Virus record (IMG/VR): IMGVR_UViG_3300046531_000318
Span: 1-64,000 of that record
Source of the DNA: a virus
Lineage: Duplodnaviria > Caudoviricetes
DNA length: 64,000 bases
Reading direction: 5' to 3' (one strand)
A model generated the notes under the pieces. That model worked only from the letters and a program-made list of their open reading frames with translations. It was not told the origin of the DNA and did no database searches. The first letter of the stretch is position 1; every line of letters starts with the position of its first letter. The position numbers were made by a program, and so were the translations under genes. Of this stretch, positions 18,396 to 28,224 are shown piece by piece.

Positions 18396-19838
18396 ATGTC
18401 TGACTCGCGCACGCTCTCCGGCCTCCGTCGGCCGCTTCTCTTTCTGAAGGCGACGGTAAAGAAGCAGGTTTTCATTCCAACCTATACCCGCGGTGACGGC
18501 ACGGTGGTGCCCGGGCATAACGCGATGGTGCACGTCGCGGTCGACCACGACGATGCGAAGGTGGCCGCCGGGCAGGGCACGCATTCGCAGCGGCAGGCGC
18601 ATGCGCGTCTCGCTCGTGACGCTGGGTTCCACGCCCTGCCGACGCAGCACAAGGCCGCCGTGGTGATGAAGCACGCCACGGAAATTCAGGACGCAGCCAG
18701 CGCGGCGGCGCAGCTGTCGACGTTTCGAAAAAAGGTGCTCGCCGGCGAGAAGCCGTCCGCGGCGGAACTGAAGCGCTTCGAGGCGGCACCGGATGACAAG
18801 CGGCGCGCGCTGGTGTCGGAGTTTCGCGCAGCCGGCAAGCTCGACGCGGTACCGCAGGCGCATCACGATCTGCCCGAGCCAGACAAAGAGCGCAGCGCGC
18901 CCGCGAAAAAGGCCGCACAGCCGGTCGCGGACGCTGGCTCTGCCGACACCTCGAAGGACGGCGCCGATGCTCACCTCGAGGCGATCAACGCGGCGAAACT
19001 GCCCGCGTCGAACGTGAATGCGAAGGTCGTAAATATGAAGCTCGACGCCATCGCAGCCGCGCTGAAATCGGGCGACGCTGCGCTGCTCACAATGATGTCG
19101 TACGGGTCGAACAATTACGCGAAAAAGCAGGTTAATCTAGCGAACCGCGCGCTCGAGTTGCTTGGCTCTGCCGAACGTGTGAAACCCGGGCAGAAGGGCA
19201 CGCCTGGATTCCGGACGGATGCGCAGATTGCCGCGGCGAAGCAGGCCGCGAAGGCGCAGCGCACGGTCGATCCGGAGAGCGATAGCCTGATGACGGCGAT
19301 CGCGAAGCTCGGCGGCCTGAAGGCGTCGGAGGTTAGCTCGCAGTGGGGGCTGTCTAAAAACGATGTGAAAGGCGTGCGCGTCGGTATCCTGCCGGTGTTC
19401 TCGTCGCGCGGTAAGTCGATTGAGCGCATGGCCGAGGCGCTGCATGAGCTGGGCTACCTGAACTCTGAAGAGCATAACGAACTCGCCGACCACGTCGAGA
19501 AAGGCCTCGGCGGCGGCGACCACTTCACGGCGCAGGGCTACGCGAACAAGGCCGCGAAGGATCACGAAGCGCATTACCAAGGTTTGACCGGGCAGGACGT
19601 GGCCGCGAGCGGCTTCGATGATCTGCCGCCCGAAGCGCAACAACAGATTGAGGAGTTCCTTGATGAAAACCCCGACTTCACCGCCGAAGAAATCGAAAAC
19701 TTCGAGCGCATGCAGCAACTGGCAGACGCGGATGACGTCCCATTTGAGCCACTTGACTTCGGAACAAAGGGCGCGCGCCACTACGACTTTGGTCAAGCTG
19801 ATGAAGGCTCGGGCAAGCCGGACGACGTCCCCTTCTAA
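18396..19838 (+). CDS. Polyvalent putative internal virion protein (cargo A)
   Basis: LLFLKATVKK..PTYTRGDG N-terminus and AAKLPxSN..KLDAIA helical module shared with 19907; late motif at 18355; acidic tail ending DDVPF. Confidence 0.65.
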   Translation: MSDSRTLSGLRRPLLFLKATVKKQVFIPTYTRGDGTVVPGHNAMVHVAVDHDDAKVAAGQGTHSQRQAHARLARDAGFHALPTQHKAAVVMKHATEIQDAASAAAQLSTFRKKVLAGEKPSAAELKRFEAAPDDKRRALVSEFRAAGKLDAVPQAHHDLPEPDKERSAPAKKAAQPVADAGSADTSKDGADAHLEAINAAKLPASNVNAKVVNMKLDAIAAALKSGDAALLTMMSYGSNNYAKKQVNLANRALELLGSAERVKPGQKGTPGFRTDAQIAAAKQAAKAQRTVDPESDSLMTAIAKLGGLKASEVSSQWGLSKNDVKGVRVGILPVFSSRGKSIERMAEALHELGYLNSEEHNELADHVEKGLGGGDHFTAQGYANKAAKDHEAHYQGLTGQDVAASGFDDLPPEAQQQIEEFLDENPDFTAEEIENFERMQQLADADDVPFEPLDFGTKGARHYDFGQADEGSGKPDDVPF

Positions 19839-19906
19839 GGCCGATTAACGCGGGTTTCTCGCGGTCGTCGTGACGGTAGCCTCGATTCATCGTAATCGGG
19901 GCTCCC

Positions 19907-22900
19907 ATGTCGAACACCACCCTCGCTGGATTTTCCGGTCGTCCGCTTCTGTTCCTGAAGGCGACCGTCAAAAAGAAGGTTTATATCCCGACGTACACGC
20001 GCCACGACGGCGTTGTTGTGCCGGGGCACTGGACGTCGGTTCACGTGGCCGACGACCACGACGGCCATAAGATCCTCGCTGGCGACGGCACCCACTCTCA
20101 AAAGCTCGCGCACAAGGCGCTCTCGAAGCACGCATGGTTCGGCGAACTCCCGCACGACCATAAGGTGCATGTGCTCCTGGAGCACGCGACCGAGATTCAG
20201 GACAAGGCGTCGCTTGCCGCGAAGCTCTCGACGCTGAAGTCGAACGTTCTCGCCGGCAAGAGCCCGACCGCATCGGAGATCAAGGCGTTCCTCGACGCCC
20301 CGAATGAAAAGCAGGAGGCAATCTCGAAGGAAATCGTCGCGGGCGGCCAATGGCACGAGTTCGCAAACTCGATCGTCGCCTGGCAGCAGAAGAACCCGCC
20401 GACCGAGGCCGCTGCGCCGGTTACGCCGGAATCGTTCGAAGCTCCGAAGCCTGCGCCGGAGTCAAAGCCAGAATTCGTGCCGAAGATCATCAAAACGTCG
20501 TACGACGGCCAGCCGGTGGTGATCACCGAGTTGGAGGCGGGCGGCTACAAGCTGTCGGTCGACGGCGTCGAGCACGGCTCTTTCACCACAACGAACGCGG
20601 CGCAGGCCTTCGCGCACAAGCTCGTCTTTGATGACGCAACGAACCCCGAGCCGGCTCCGGTGCCGAAGGTCGTCGCTGCTGCTCAAAATTCCGCGCCGGC
20701 CGTCGGCCCGAACGCGAAGTTGGCGGCGATCACGATGGCTATCGACGCGGCGAAGCTGCCGGAGTCGAACACCAACGCTAAGGGTGTGAACGCGAAGCTC
20801 GACGCGATCGCGAAGGCTGCGGCTGCTGGCGACGCTAAGACGCTGCTGATGATGGGCTACGGCTCCAACAACTACGGCGTCAAGGCGACGAAGCTCGCCA
20901 ATCAGGCGCTCGCGATGCTCGGCTCGACGCACACCGTCATGCCCGGGCAAAAGATGGCGAGTCATCCGGGGCTGAAGGACGCGCCCGCTGCCGCGCCGAC
21001 CGAGCCGGTCACGGTCGTGTCGGCGACGCAAGGGGCGCCTGGGACGAAGATCCCGTCTCCGGCGCCCGCAGTTGTATCCGCCGTTGAGGTCGCACCTGCG
21101 CCGGCCGCTCATGCCGGTCCCGGTCTGCCGGACAGTGAGATTCCGCCGAAGCCGAACGGCGCAAGCACAACCGATTGTGCGGTGGCAGCAGCTGCGGCCA
21201 AGGCCGGCGAACTCGGCAAGCTGAAATCGATGATTGCGAAGATCTCGAACAGCGTAAAACCCGCGCCTAAGACGTTGAAGTACGTCACGGACCTCAAGAA
21301 CAAGCTGGAGGCGCAAAAGGATAAGCAGGCTTTGGCGGAGGCGAGCGCGATGATCGCCGCCAGCGGCCCGAAGGAAGGCGAAACCAAGCAGGGCGCTGAC
21401 GGCACGCTCGTGTTCAAGGACGGGCGCTGGCACAAGGTGGACGAGCCTGCTGCTGCCGCGCCAGCGGCTGCTGTGAAGAAGGAGGTTTCTGGCTTCAAGT
21501 ACACGCACACCGGCGACGGGCACAACAAGTTCTGGACGGTTGCTCTGAATCAGGGCGCCGACGGTAAGTGGCACGTACACACCCACTACGGGAAGATCGG
21601 CTCGAAGGGCGCTGTCACCACCAAAACGTTCGCCACGCACGCGGCGGCGGACGCTGAAGCAGTGAAGCTCTCCAAGCAGAAGCAGGCAAAGGGCTATAAA
21701 TCGGCTGGCATCGGTACGTTCGCGGTGGACGGCGTCGGCACTGCACCTGTCGCTGCATCGCCTGATACCGCTGCTGCTCCCTCCCAAAAACCTGCACCGA
21801 AGGTCGTAGCCGCCTCACAAGCGGCTCCGAAGGCCGCGCCCGCGTCTATCGATGGCTGGGCCAAAACGGGCGGCCAGCAGGGCTATAACGACGGCGGCAC
21901 GTATGTGGATCCGCAGGGCATCGCCTGGTATTGCAAGTTCCCGGCCGGCGGTGAGAAGGTCGTCAAGAACGAACTGCTTGCCTCGAAGCTCTACGCGCTC
22001 GCGGGCGTCGATGCGGCTGAAACCAAGATGATCACGCAAGGCGGCAAGGTCGGTATCGCCTCGAGGATCGTCGCTGGCGCGAAACAGGACAAGGACGCGC
22101 TTCTCGCCGGCAAGGCGCCGGGGCTGCTCTCGGGCTTTGCCGTCGACGCGTGGCTCGCGAACTGGGACGCGGTCGGCAATAACCCCGCGAAGGGCTACGA
22201 CAACATCCTGATCAAGCCGGACGGCGCTGCCGTTCGCATCGACTCGGGCGGGGCGCTGCTGTACGGCGGCGCTGGCGGCAAAAAGCAGCAGTTCACGGAC
22301 AAGGTCATCGAGCTTAAGACCATGCTCGACCCGAAGAAGAACGCCCACACGGCTGCTGTGTTCGGGAAGATGAGCCAGGCGGACATTGCCGCCTCGGTGG
22401 CGAAAGTTGCGGCCATCTCCGACGATGCGATCAAGGAGTACTGCCAGCAGTACGGCCCGGGCGACCCCACGCAGCGCGAGCGCATGGCTAACACGCTGAT
22501 CGCGCGCAAGGCCGACATGCTGTCGCAGGATCCGCACGTCGCGAAAATGGCCGACAAGCTGAAGGCCGCAACGAAGAAGCCTGCCGCGAAGAAGGTCAGT
22601 GACGTGTCGTGGGTGAAGCTCAAACCGGGCGAGAAGGTCGTTGAGAAGGGCGAGCAGTTCGGCGGCTCGTACGTGAAGATCGAGGTTCCGGCGAAGGGCT
22701 TCAACAAAGCGGGCATCCCGCAGCCGTACGTCTACGACAAGTCCAGCTCGTCGTTTGTGAACGCGCAGAACACGGCCGACATCAAGTCGGTCTATGACAC
22801 CGCGATTACCACGCACGACCCGGATGCGGTGCTCGGGCTGAAGTACGAGCAGATCGAGAAGGCCACGGGCGTCAAAACCGGAAAGATGCTCACGCTCGAG

Positions 22901-23701
22901 GAGCACCCGTCCAAGGCGTACGTAAAGGAGTACGTCAACCAGGTAGCGGCGGAACTGAAGGCGCAGACCGAGCCGACGTACCGGATCGAACACCGCGGCG
23001 GCTTCACGTCGACGTACTCTGCCGCGGCGAAGCAGATCGCCTCGAAGGTCAAGACGATCGGCTACGAGAAGTTCGCGAAGTGGGCCCACAAGGCGGCGGA
23101 CTATCTGGTGCTCGACAAGCACGCGGGTGCCGGTATCCCGACGCCGCACGAAGAGATGTTCCACAACGTAGAGCCGAGCGACCCGGCGATGAAGGCGTTC
23201 AAGGCAGCGAGCGACACCAATTTCGCGAAGCTCACGGAGAAGGAAAAGACCGCGTGTCAGGCGTACACCGGGAGCGCCTACTGGAACTGGAACTCCGCGA
23301 TGCGCCTGGGCACCGTCGACTCTGCCGAGTTCAAGGCGGGCGATCCGATGCGCAAGGCGTTCGCCAAGGCGGCGGTCGATCTGCCCGAGGGCATCATCCT
23401 GCATCGCGGGCTGAACGTCGGCGGCGACACCTATAAATCGGTCATCGGCGCCGTGATTCAGGATGGCTCGTTCCAGTCCTCGAGCTACGGCAAGAAGGCC
23501 GCTTTCTCGGGTAAGACCTCACAGTTGCGGCTGCACGTCACAAAGGGCGTTAAAGGTATGATGGCCACGACCTTTTCTGGCTTTGGCTCGAGCGAGCGTG
23601 AGATCATCCTGCATCCGAACTGCCGTTACGTCGTGACCGGCGTCGAAAGCAAGAACGGCCAGAACGTCGTTGACGTGCTGGTCCTGCCTCATGAGGAATA
23701 A
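19907..23701 (+). CDS. Polyvalent protein (cargo B): tag + helical module + WGR + HipA/PI3K-like kinase domain + VIP2-type ADP-ribosyltransferase
   Basis: HNKFWTV...YGKIGSKG...KQAKGY (WGR); WYCK, NELLASKLY, DAWLANWD..DN, RIDSGG (kinase-like); LHRG, FQSSS, EREIIL (R-S-ExE). Confidence 0.8.
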   Translation: MSNTTLAGFSGRPLLFLKATVKKKVYIPTYTRHDGVVVPGHWTSVHVADDHDGHKILAGDGTHSQKLAHKALSKHAWFGELPHDHKVHVLLEHATEIQDKASLAAKLSTLKSNVLAGKSPTASEIKAFLDAPNEKQEAISKEIVAGGQWHEFANSIVAWQQKNPPTEAAAPVTPESFEAPKPAPESKPEFVPKIIKTSYDGQPVVITELEAGGYKLSVDGVEHGSFTTTNAAQAFAHKLVFDDATNPEPAPVPKVVAAAQNSAPAVGPNAKLAAITMAIDAAKLPESNTNAKGVNAKLDAIAKAAAAGDAKTLLMMGYGSNNYGVKATKLANQALAMLGSTHTVMPGQKMASHPGLKDAPAAAPTEPVTVVSATQGAPGTKIPSPAPAVVSAVEVAPAPAAHAGPGLPDSEIPPKPNGASTTDCAVAAAAAKAGELGKLKSMIAKISNSVKPAPKTLKYVTDLKNKLEAQKDKQALAEASAMIAASGPKEGETKQGADGTLVFKDGRWHKVDEPAAAAPAAAVKKEVSGFKYTHTGDGHNKFWTVALNQGADGKWHVHTHYGKIGSKGAVTTKTFATHAAADAEAVKLSKQKQAKGYKSAGIGTFAVDGVGTAPVAASPDTAAAPSQKPAPKVVAASQAAPKAAPASIDGWAKTGGQQGYNDGGTYVDPQGIAWYCKFPAGGEKVVKNELLASKLYALAGVDAAETKMITQGGKVGIASRIVAGAKQDKDALLAGKAPGLLSGFAVDAWLANWDAVGNNPAKGYDNILIKPDGAAVRIDSGGALLYGGAGGKKQQFTDKVIELKTMLDPKKNAHTAAVFGKMSQADIAASVAKVAAISDDAIKEYCQQYGPGDPTQRERMANTLIARKADMLSQDPHVAKMADKLKAATKKPAAKKVSDVSWVKLKPGEKVVEKGEQFGGSYVKIEVPAKGFNKAGIPQPYVYDKSSSSFVNAQNTADIKSVYDTAITTHDPDAVLGLKYEQIEKATGVKTGKMLTLEEHPSKAYVKEYVNQVAAELKAQTEPTYRIEHRGGFTSTYSAAAKQIASKVKTIGYEKFAKWAHKAADYLVLDKHAGAGIPTPHEEMFHNVEPSDPAMKAFKAASDTNFAKLTEKEKTACQAYTGSAYWNWNSAMRLGTVDSAEFKAGDPMRKAFAKAAVDLPEGIILHRGLNVGGDTYKSVIGAVIQDGSFQSSSYGKKAAFSGKTSQLRLHVTKGVKGMMATTFSGFGSSEREIILHPNCRYVVTGVESKNGQNVVDVLVLPHEE

Positions 23702-23702
23702 G

Positions 23703-24173
23703 ATGGAAAACACATCAGCACTGCCGGCGGCGGCCGGCGCTCCGGAGTCGGGCCAACTCGAGAACGGTCGCCTGTGGCTGAACACCGCGAGCGTCGTGGA
23801 CCGCATTGTTCGGGACTTCACCGCCGACGCGCTGCGCGTGCTCGCGCATGCGGACGTGGAGGCACAACTCGACTTTCGCTGCCGCGCTATGAACACGCTT
23901 TTCCTCGGCGGCCCGGTGCCGACGGATCGTTACGAGCGCGGCCCGTGGAACACGCCCGAGCAGCTGGGGCAGTCCATTCTCACGGCGCTGCGCATCGAAG
24001 GCGAGACGCGGCTCGCGGTGCGCGACGCTTTCATGGTCTACCTGTCTGCGGTGCTCGACGGCGTGGATCCGGATCAGTTCGACGCCGCGGCGCTCGAGCC
24101 GTACGTCGCGAACCTGCGCAATGCGCTACTCGGCCTGCCGGATTCATCGCCTTACTGGACAGTGCGCGAATAG
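23703..24173 (+). CDS. Small acidic protein immediately after the ART gene (possible inhibitor/immunity)
   Basis: GAGG RBS inside the ART gene end; function inferred from position. Confidence 0.5.
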   Translation: MENTSALPAAAGAPESGQLENGRLWLNTASVVDRIVRDFTADALRVLAHADVEAQLDFRCRAMNTLFLGGPVPTDRYERGPWNTPEQLGQSILTALRIEGETRLAVRDAFMVYLSAVLDGVDPDQFDAAALEPYVANLRNALLGLPDSSPYWTVRE

Positions 24174-24244
24174 CGACAGGCGACGTGACACGCTCGGTCG
24201 GGACGGTATAGTGCGAACCATCCCCAATTCGCCCCGGCCGCGCT

Positions 24245-25795
24245 ATGCCCGTCGTTCTATTCCTGAAAGCCCATGTGAAGGGCTACACCCGGCAGGACGG
24301 CGTGTTCGTCAAGGAACACGACACCAAAGTCCAGAAAAAGCACAAACCGGACAATGCGTGGGCGAAGCCGGGCGCGGCGGTGCCGAAGAAGCCGGCCGGG
24401 AAGAAACCGGCCGCGCTGAAGGTCGAGCCGCCCAAGACCGCGTTCCTGTTCTCCGGCATGAAGAAGGTTCCGCCCACGGCGGCTCTGCATCCCAGCCCTG
24501 ACGATCAGGGCAAACCCTTTCATATCCATGCGCCCAGCGAGCCGTCGGCGGCCGACACGTGGGCCGATCCCACGGCGACGGCGGTGTTCGTGCCGGGCGG
24601 CGCCGCGCCGGCGGAACTGAGCGGCGTTCCGTTCGCGCCGTGGGCCGATCACCCGCGCACGCTCGAGGGCTGGCAGTACGTGCCCGGGCAGATGCACGAC
24701 CTCGAGGAACCGGAATTGTCCCTGCACGGCAAAGAGCCGGCCGCAGGCGTCGTCATTGAGGAACCGGACGGGCGCGTGTGGATGGTCAGCCCGACGAACG
24801 GCTTCGCGGGCTACCGGACCACCTTCCCGAAGGGCCACGCCGACGACGGCATTTCGCTGCAGGCGACCGCGATCAAGGAGGCATTCGAGGAATCGGGCCT
24901 GCAGGTGGAGATCACGGGCTTTATCGGCGACGTCGAGCGGTCGCAGACCATGACGCGCTACTACCGCGCGCGGCGTGTCGGCGGCACGCCTGCGGCGATG
25001 GGCTGGGAGTCGCAGGCAGTGACGCTCGCGCCGGCGTCCGCGGTGCACGAGGAACTGAACCGCTCGGTCGATCGTCAGGTGGCCACGCTCGCGGGCATCG
25101 CTCCGCCGGCGGGGCTCGCCGAGTCGGTGGACGACTGGACGAAGGTGGGGAAGGCGGCGGGCTCGAACCCGGGCGGCTTCTTCGAGGATCCGGCCGGACA
25201 GGAGTGGTACGTCAAGGTGCCGAAGTCCACCAACATCGCGAAGAACGAGATTCTCGCCTCGAAGCTGTACGAGGCGGCCGGCGTGCGCGTGCCCGAACTA
25301 AAGCCCGTGACGGTCGGCGGTAAAACGGCTATCGCGTCGAAGATCATTCCCGGGCTCGAGAAGTTCACGGACGGCTCGGAGCACGTTGATGGCGTGATGG
25401 ACGGCTTCGCGGTGGATGCATGGCTCGCGAATTGGGACGTCGTCGGCCTGCTGCACGACAACCTGCTTGCGGACGAGCATGGGCGCGCGGTGCGCGTGGA
25501 CGTCGGCGGCTCGCTGATCTACCGCGCGCAGGGCGAGCCGAAGGGCAAGGCGTTCGGTACCGAGGTGGGCGAGCTTGAATCGCTCACCAATGGCAAGAAC
25601 GCGCAGGCCGCGTCCGTGTTCGGCCATATCACGCACGATGAACTGCTCGCAGGCGTCGCGCGCGTGGCGTCGGTCACTGATGCCAAGATCCGCGCTCTGT
25701 GCGAGGAACACGGCCCCGGCACCGCTGCGCAGCGTCAAAGCCTGGCGGATACCCTCATCGCCCGGCGCGCATACCTGATGGCGCTCGCGGGATAG
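24245..25795 (+). CDS. Polyvalent protein (cargo C): tag + Nudix hydrolase + kinase-like domain
   Basis: VLFLKAHVKGYTRQDG; FPKGHADDGISLQATAIKEAFEESGL Nudix box; second kinase-like copy WYVK, NEILASKLY, DAWLANWD..DN, RVDVGG. Confidence 0.8.
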   Translation: MPVVLFLKAHVKGYTRQDGVFVKEHDTKVQKKHKPDNAWAKPGAAVPKKPAGKKPAALKVEPPKTAFLFSGMKKVPPTAALHPSPDDQGKPFHIHAPSEPSAADTWADPTATAVFVPGGAAPAELSGVPFAPWADHPRTLEGWQYVPGQMHDLEEPELSLHGKEPAAGVVIEEPDGRVWMVSPTNGFAGYRTTFPKGHADDGISLQATAIKEAFEESGLQVEITGFIGDVERSQTMTRYYRARRVGGTPAAMGWESQAVTLAPASAVHEELNRSVDRQVATLAGIAPPAGLAESVDDWTKVGKAAGSNPGGFFEDPAGQEWYVKVPKSTNIAKNEILASKLYEAAGVRVPELKPVTVGGKTAIASKIIPGLEKFTDGSEHVDGVMDGFAVDAWLANWDVVGLLHDNLLADEHGRAVRVDVGGSLIYRAQGEPKGKAFGTEVGELESLTNGKNAQAASVFGHITHDELLAGVARVASVTDAKIRALCEEHGPGTAAQRQSLADTLIARRAYLMALAG

Positions 25796-25825
25796 GCAGT
25801 CAGCCTCGCGGGGAAGGGCGGGATA

Positions 25826-25861
25826 TTCTGCGACACTCGCAGAAATTGCGTGACACGCAGA
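25826..25861. promoter_or_regulatory. Tandem operator-like palindromes
   Basis: TTCTGCGA-cac-TCGCAGAA, then TGCGTG-a-CACGCA 18 bp later. Confidence 0.6.
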
Positions 25862-25909
25862 AAAAGCTACGTCACAATCGCCTCACCCTAACCGAACGAG
25901 GCTACTGCC

Positions 25910-27121
25910 ATGTGGATCTGCCTGAATAACGCGTTTCTTTCCATCGTCAATCATCCGGACGACACCGGCATGCTGCTGGTGCGCGCTCGCCGCAAAGGCG
26001 ATATCGAAGTTGTATTCGGCGACCAGTGGCCGGTCACGACGCTGCCGAAGCGGGATTATCGGTTCCGCGCCTCCATCCCGCGTGCGGTGGTAGGCCGTGC
26101 GATCGCCGGGCACCTCGAAGGCATCGACTACGGCAACTTCAAGAACTCCGTTCGCGACGCTGCGCTGCACGACGCCTACGCCACCGTATGGGGCGTGATG
26201 GCGCAGCTGCAGGAGGTTCCGCCGTACGGCTCGCGCCCGCGCCCGGGCTTCGCTGCTCATCCGGTGCGCTGATCGGGGGCTGACATGGTTCTTTCTCTCG
26301 CGCAAGTTCACGCGCTGTACATGGCGATGATCGCCCTTAACGAAATCAACGCCTCATACCGCTTCACGGTGGAGGACGGTTCCGGTTCTCGCTTCATCAT
26401 CGAGGAAGAGCCGGACTCGTGGGCGGTGCTCGTTCGCATCAACGACGGCACCATCATCAACCGCTACGAGAACCAGGCCGCGTTCGCATTGGCGTACGGG
26501 ATGGAGGTCTGACATGGACGCGCCGATCAAAGACCAAATCGCCGGGCTGCGGGCGCAGGCTGCGCACTTTCGTGGCCTTGCGGTACAAAAGCGCTCGCTG
26601 ATCCGCATCCTGAAGGCGCGACCTCTCGGCCAACGCGACCGGATTGCTGTCCTGAAGGCGCAATGCGCCGCGTCGGAGTACTCGCAGTCGGCACGTCAAT
26701 ACGAAGCGCGAGCGAAGGAACTGCGGGCGCAAATGGGCGGGGTGCGCTCATGAAGTCCATTCTCGACACCTTCTTCGCGCTGCGCCGTCCGTGCGCGAAC
26801 TGCCCGTTTCGCAAGGAGGGGGCGATTGATCTCGAGCCCGGGAGGCTGGCGGGCATCGTGAGCAGCCTGGTCGACGGCGACGCCACCACGTTCCACTGCC
26901 ACAAGACGGTCCACAACGGGCGCACTGGCGGTGAGTGGAGCGAGGATGGCGACTATCTCGCGAGCGGGCAGGAGAGCATGTGTGCTGGCGCAATCGTCTA
27001 TCTCGAGAAGCTCGGGCGTCCGACGGTCGCCATGCGCCTCGGCGTGGTCTACGGCATTTACGATCCCGAACGGCTGAAACCCTGCTATCCGGAGGTCATC
27101 GAGCCGATGTCCGACCTGTAA
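25910..27121 (+). other. Four small genes (25910-26272, 26285-26512, 26514-26753, 26750-27121); the last is Cys/His metal-binding
   Basis: RBS-linked ORFs; PCANCPFR..FHCHKT..CAGA in the last. Confidence 0.65.
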
Positions 27122-27171
27122 ATTACCTTTGTTGTGCGCGCAGTTTCCCCCAGAGGCTGCGCGTGTGTTTC

Positions 27172-27200
27172 GGGGCGTCCATTGCGACGCCCCTTTTTTT
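27172..27200 (+). terminator. Intrinsic terminator
   Basis: GGGGCGTC-cattgc-GACGCCCC-T7. Confidence 0.75.
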
Positions 27201-27367
27201 CGTCCGTCCCGAGTTGGCTATATGCGCCACGCGCAGAATATTTTCTGCTCGGTGCACACATTTTCGAAAAGCGATGGCAGTATCCGTTCCGTCGCTGCAC
27301 TGCGTGCGGCGCAAGAAACCGCAGCCCGGTCGGCCACCGGGACCAACTCGAAAAATCAGGACCAATC

Positions 27368-28153
27368 ATGCAAATCCGCAAAATCGCTATCGCCGTTTCC
27401 TTCATCTTTGGTGCAGCTGTCGCGCAAGCTGCGCAGCCGGTCGGCTCGGCCGCTATCGGCGGCGTTGCTGTCGGCGGCAAGATCGGCGGCACCGTTTTCG
27501 TGCAGCAGGGGGGCACCAGCGAGTCGCAGTCGAATTCGGTTGCTCAGGCAAACGCGACGCTGACCACGACCGTCTCGCAATCGGCCGGCTCGCTCGCGGC
27601 CAACGTGTCGGGTGTGACGTCCACCAGCCTTCAGCAGTCGGCATGGAACTACTCGACCGGCGGCGGCACTGGCACGGCGAGCACGGCTGGTTATGCCGCT
27701 GCTGGTGCTGCTGGCGCGGTTGCGATTGAGGGCGTGGGCGCTGCTGGTGGTTATAGCGGTGCGGGCTCGGCGGGCAGCGTCAACGTGACGACGAATGGCG
27801 GCGGCTACAACAACTCGGTAACGAGCACGAACTTCGGCTCGGGCCTGACTGTCGTGACGCAGCCGACATCGACCAACGGCGTTGCAGGCCAGTCTGTGAC
27901 GGTCACGGACACGAAGTCGGGCGATGCCTTCGCGTCGAACTCCAAGGGCGACGTGACGCTGAACACGGGCACCACGGCTAACCCGGTGAGCACGGACCTC
28001 GGCGGTGGCACGAATACGGTTGTTAGCGGCGGCGTCTACGGTGCTGGCTCGCAAGCTCTCGCGGTGACGACCAACACTGCCGGTAACGCGGACCTCGCTG
28101 TGTCGAGCGGCGCTCCAATCGTGATCCAGACGGCGGTATCGAACGGCCTGTAA
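27368..28153 (+). CDS. Secreted low-complexity G/A/S/T/V/N-rich protein (fibre/amyloid-like candidate)
   Basis: Sec signal MQIRKIAIAVSFIFGAAVAQA; mature chain has no Cys and few charges. Confidence 0.7.
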   Translation: MQIRKIAIAVSFIFGAAVAQAAQPVGSAAIGGVAVGGKIGGTVFVQQGGTSESQSNSVAQANATLTTTVSQSAGSLAANVSGVTSTSLQQSAWNYSTGGGTGTASTAGYAAAGAAGAVAIEGVGAAGGYSGAGSAGSVNVTTNGGGYNNSVTSTNFGSGLTVVTQPTSTNGVAGQSVTVTDTKSGDAFASNSKGDVTLNTGTTANPVSTDLGGGTNTVVSGGVYGAGSQALAVTTNTAGNADLAVSSGAPIVIQTAVSNGL

Positions 28154-28224
28154 TTCGCGGGCTTCGCTTCGAGAGGGACGCGCCACACGCGCGCGTCCCG
28201 GTTCAAAATCAAAGAGAGACTGTG

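Noticed and set aside
27240-27367. Riboswitch in the leader of the secreted operon
   Set aside because: Hairpins are present (e.g. CCCGGT/ACCGGG), but I cannot match a known aptamer consensus.
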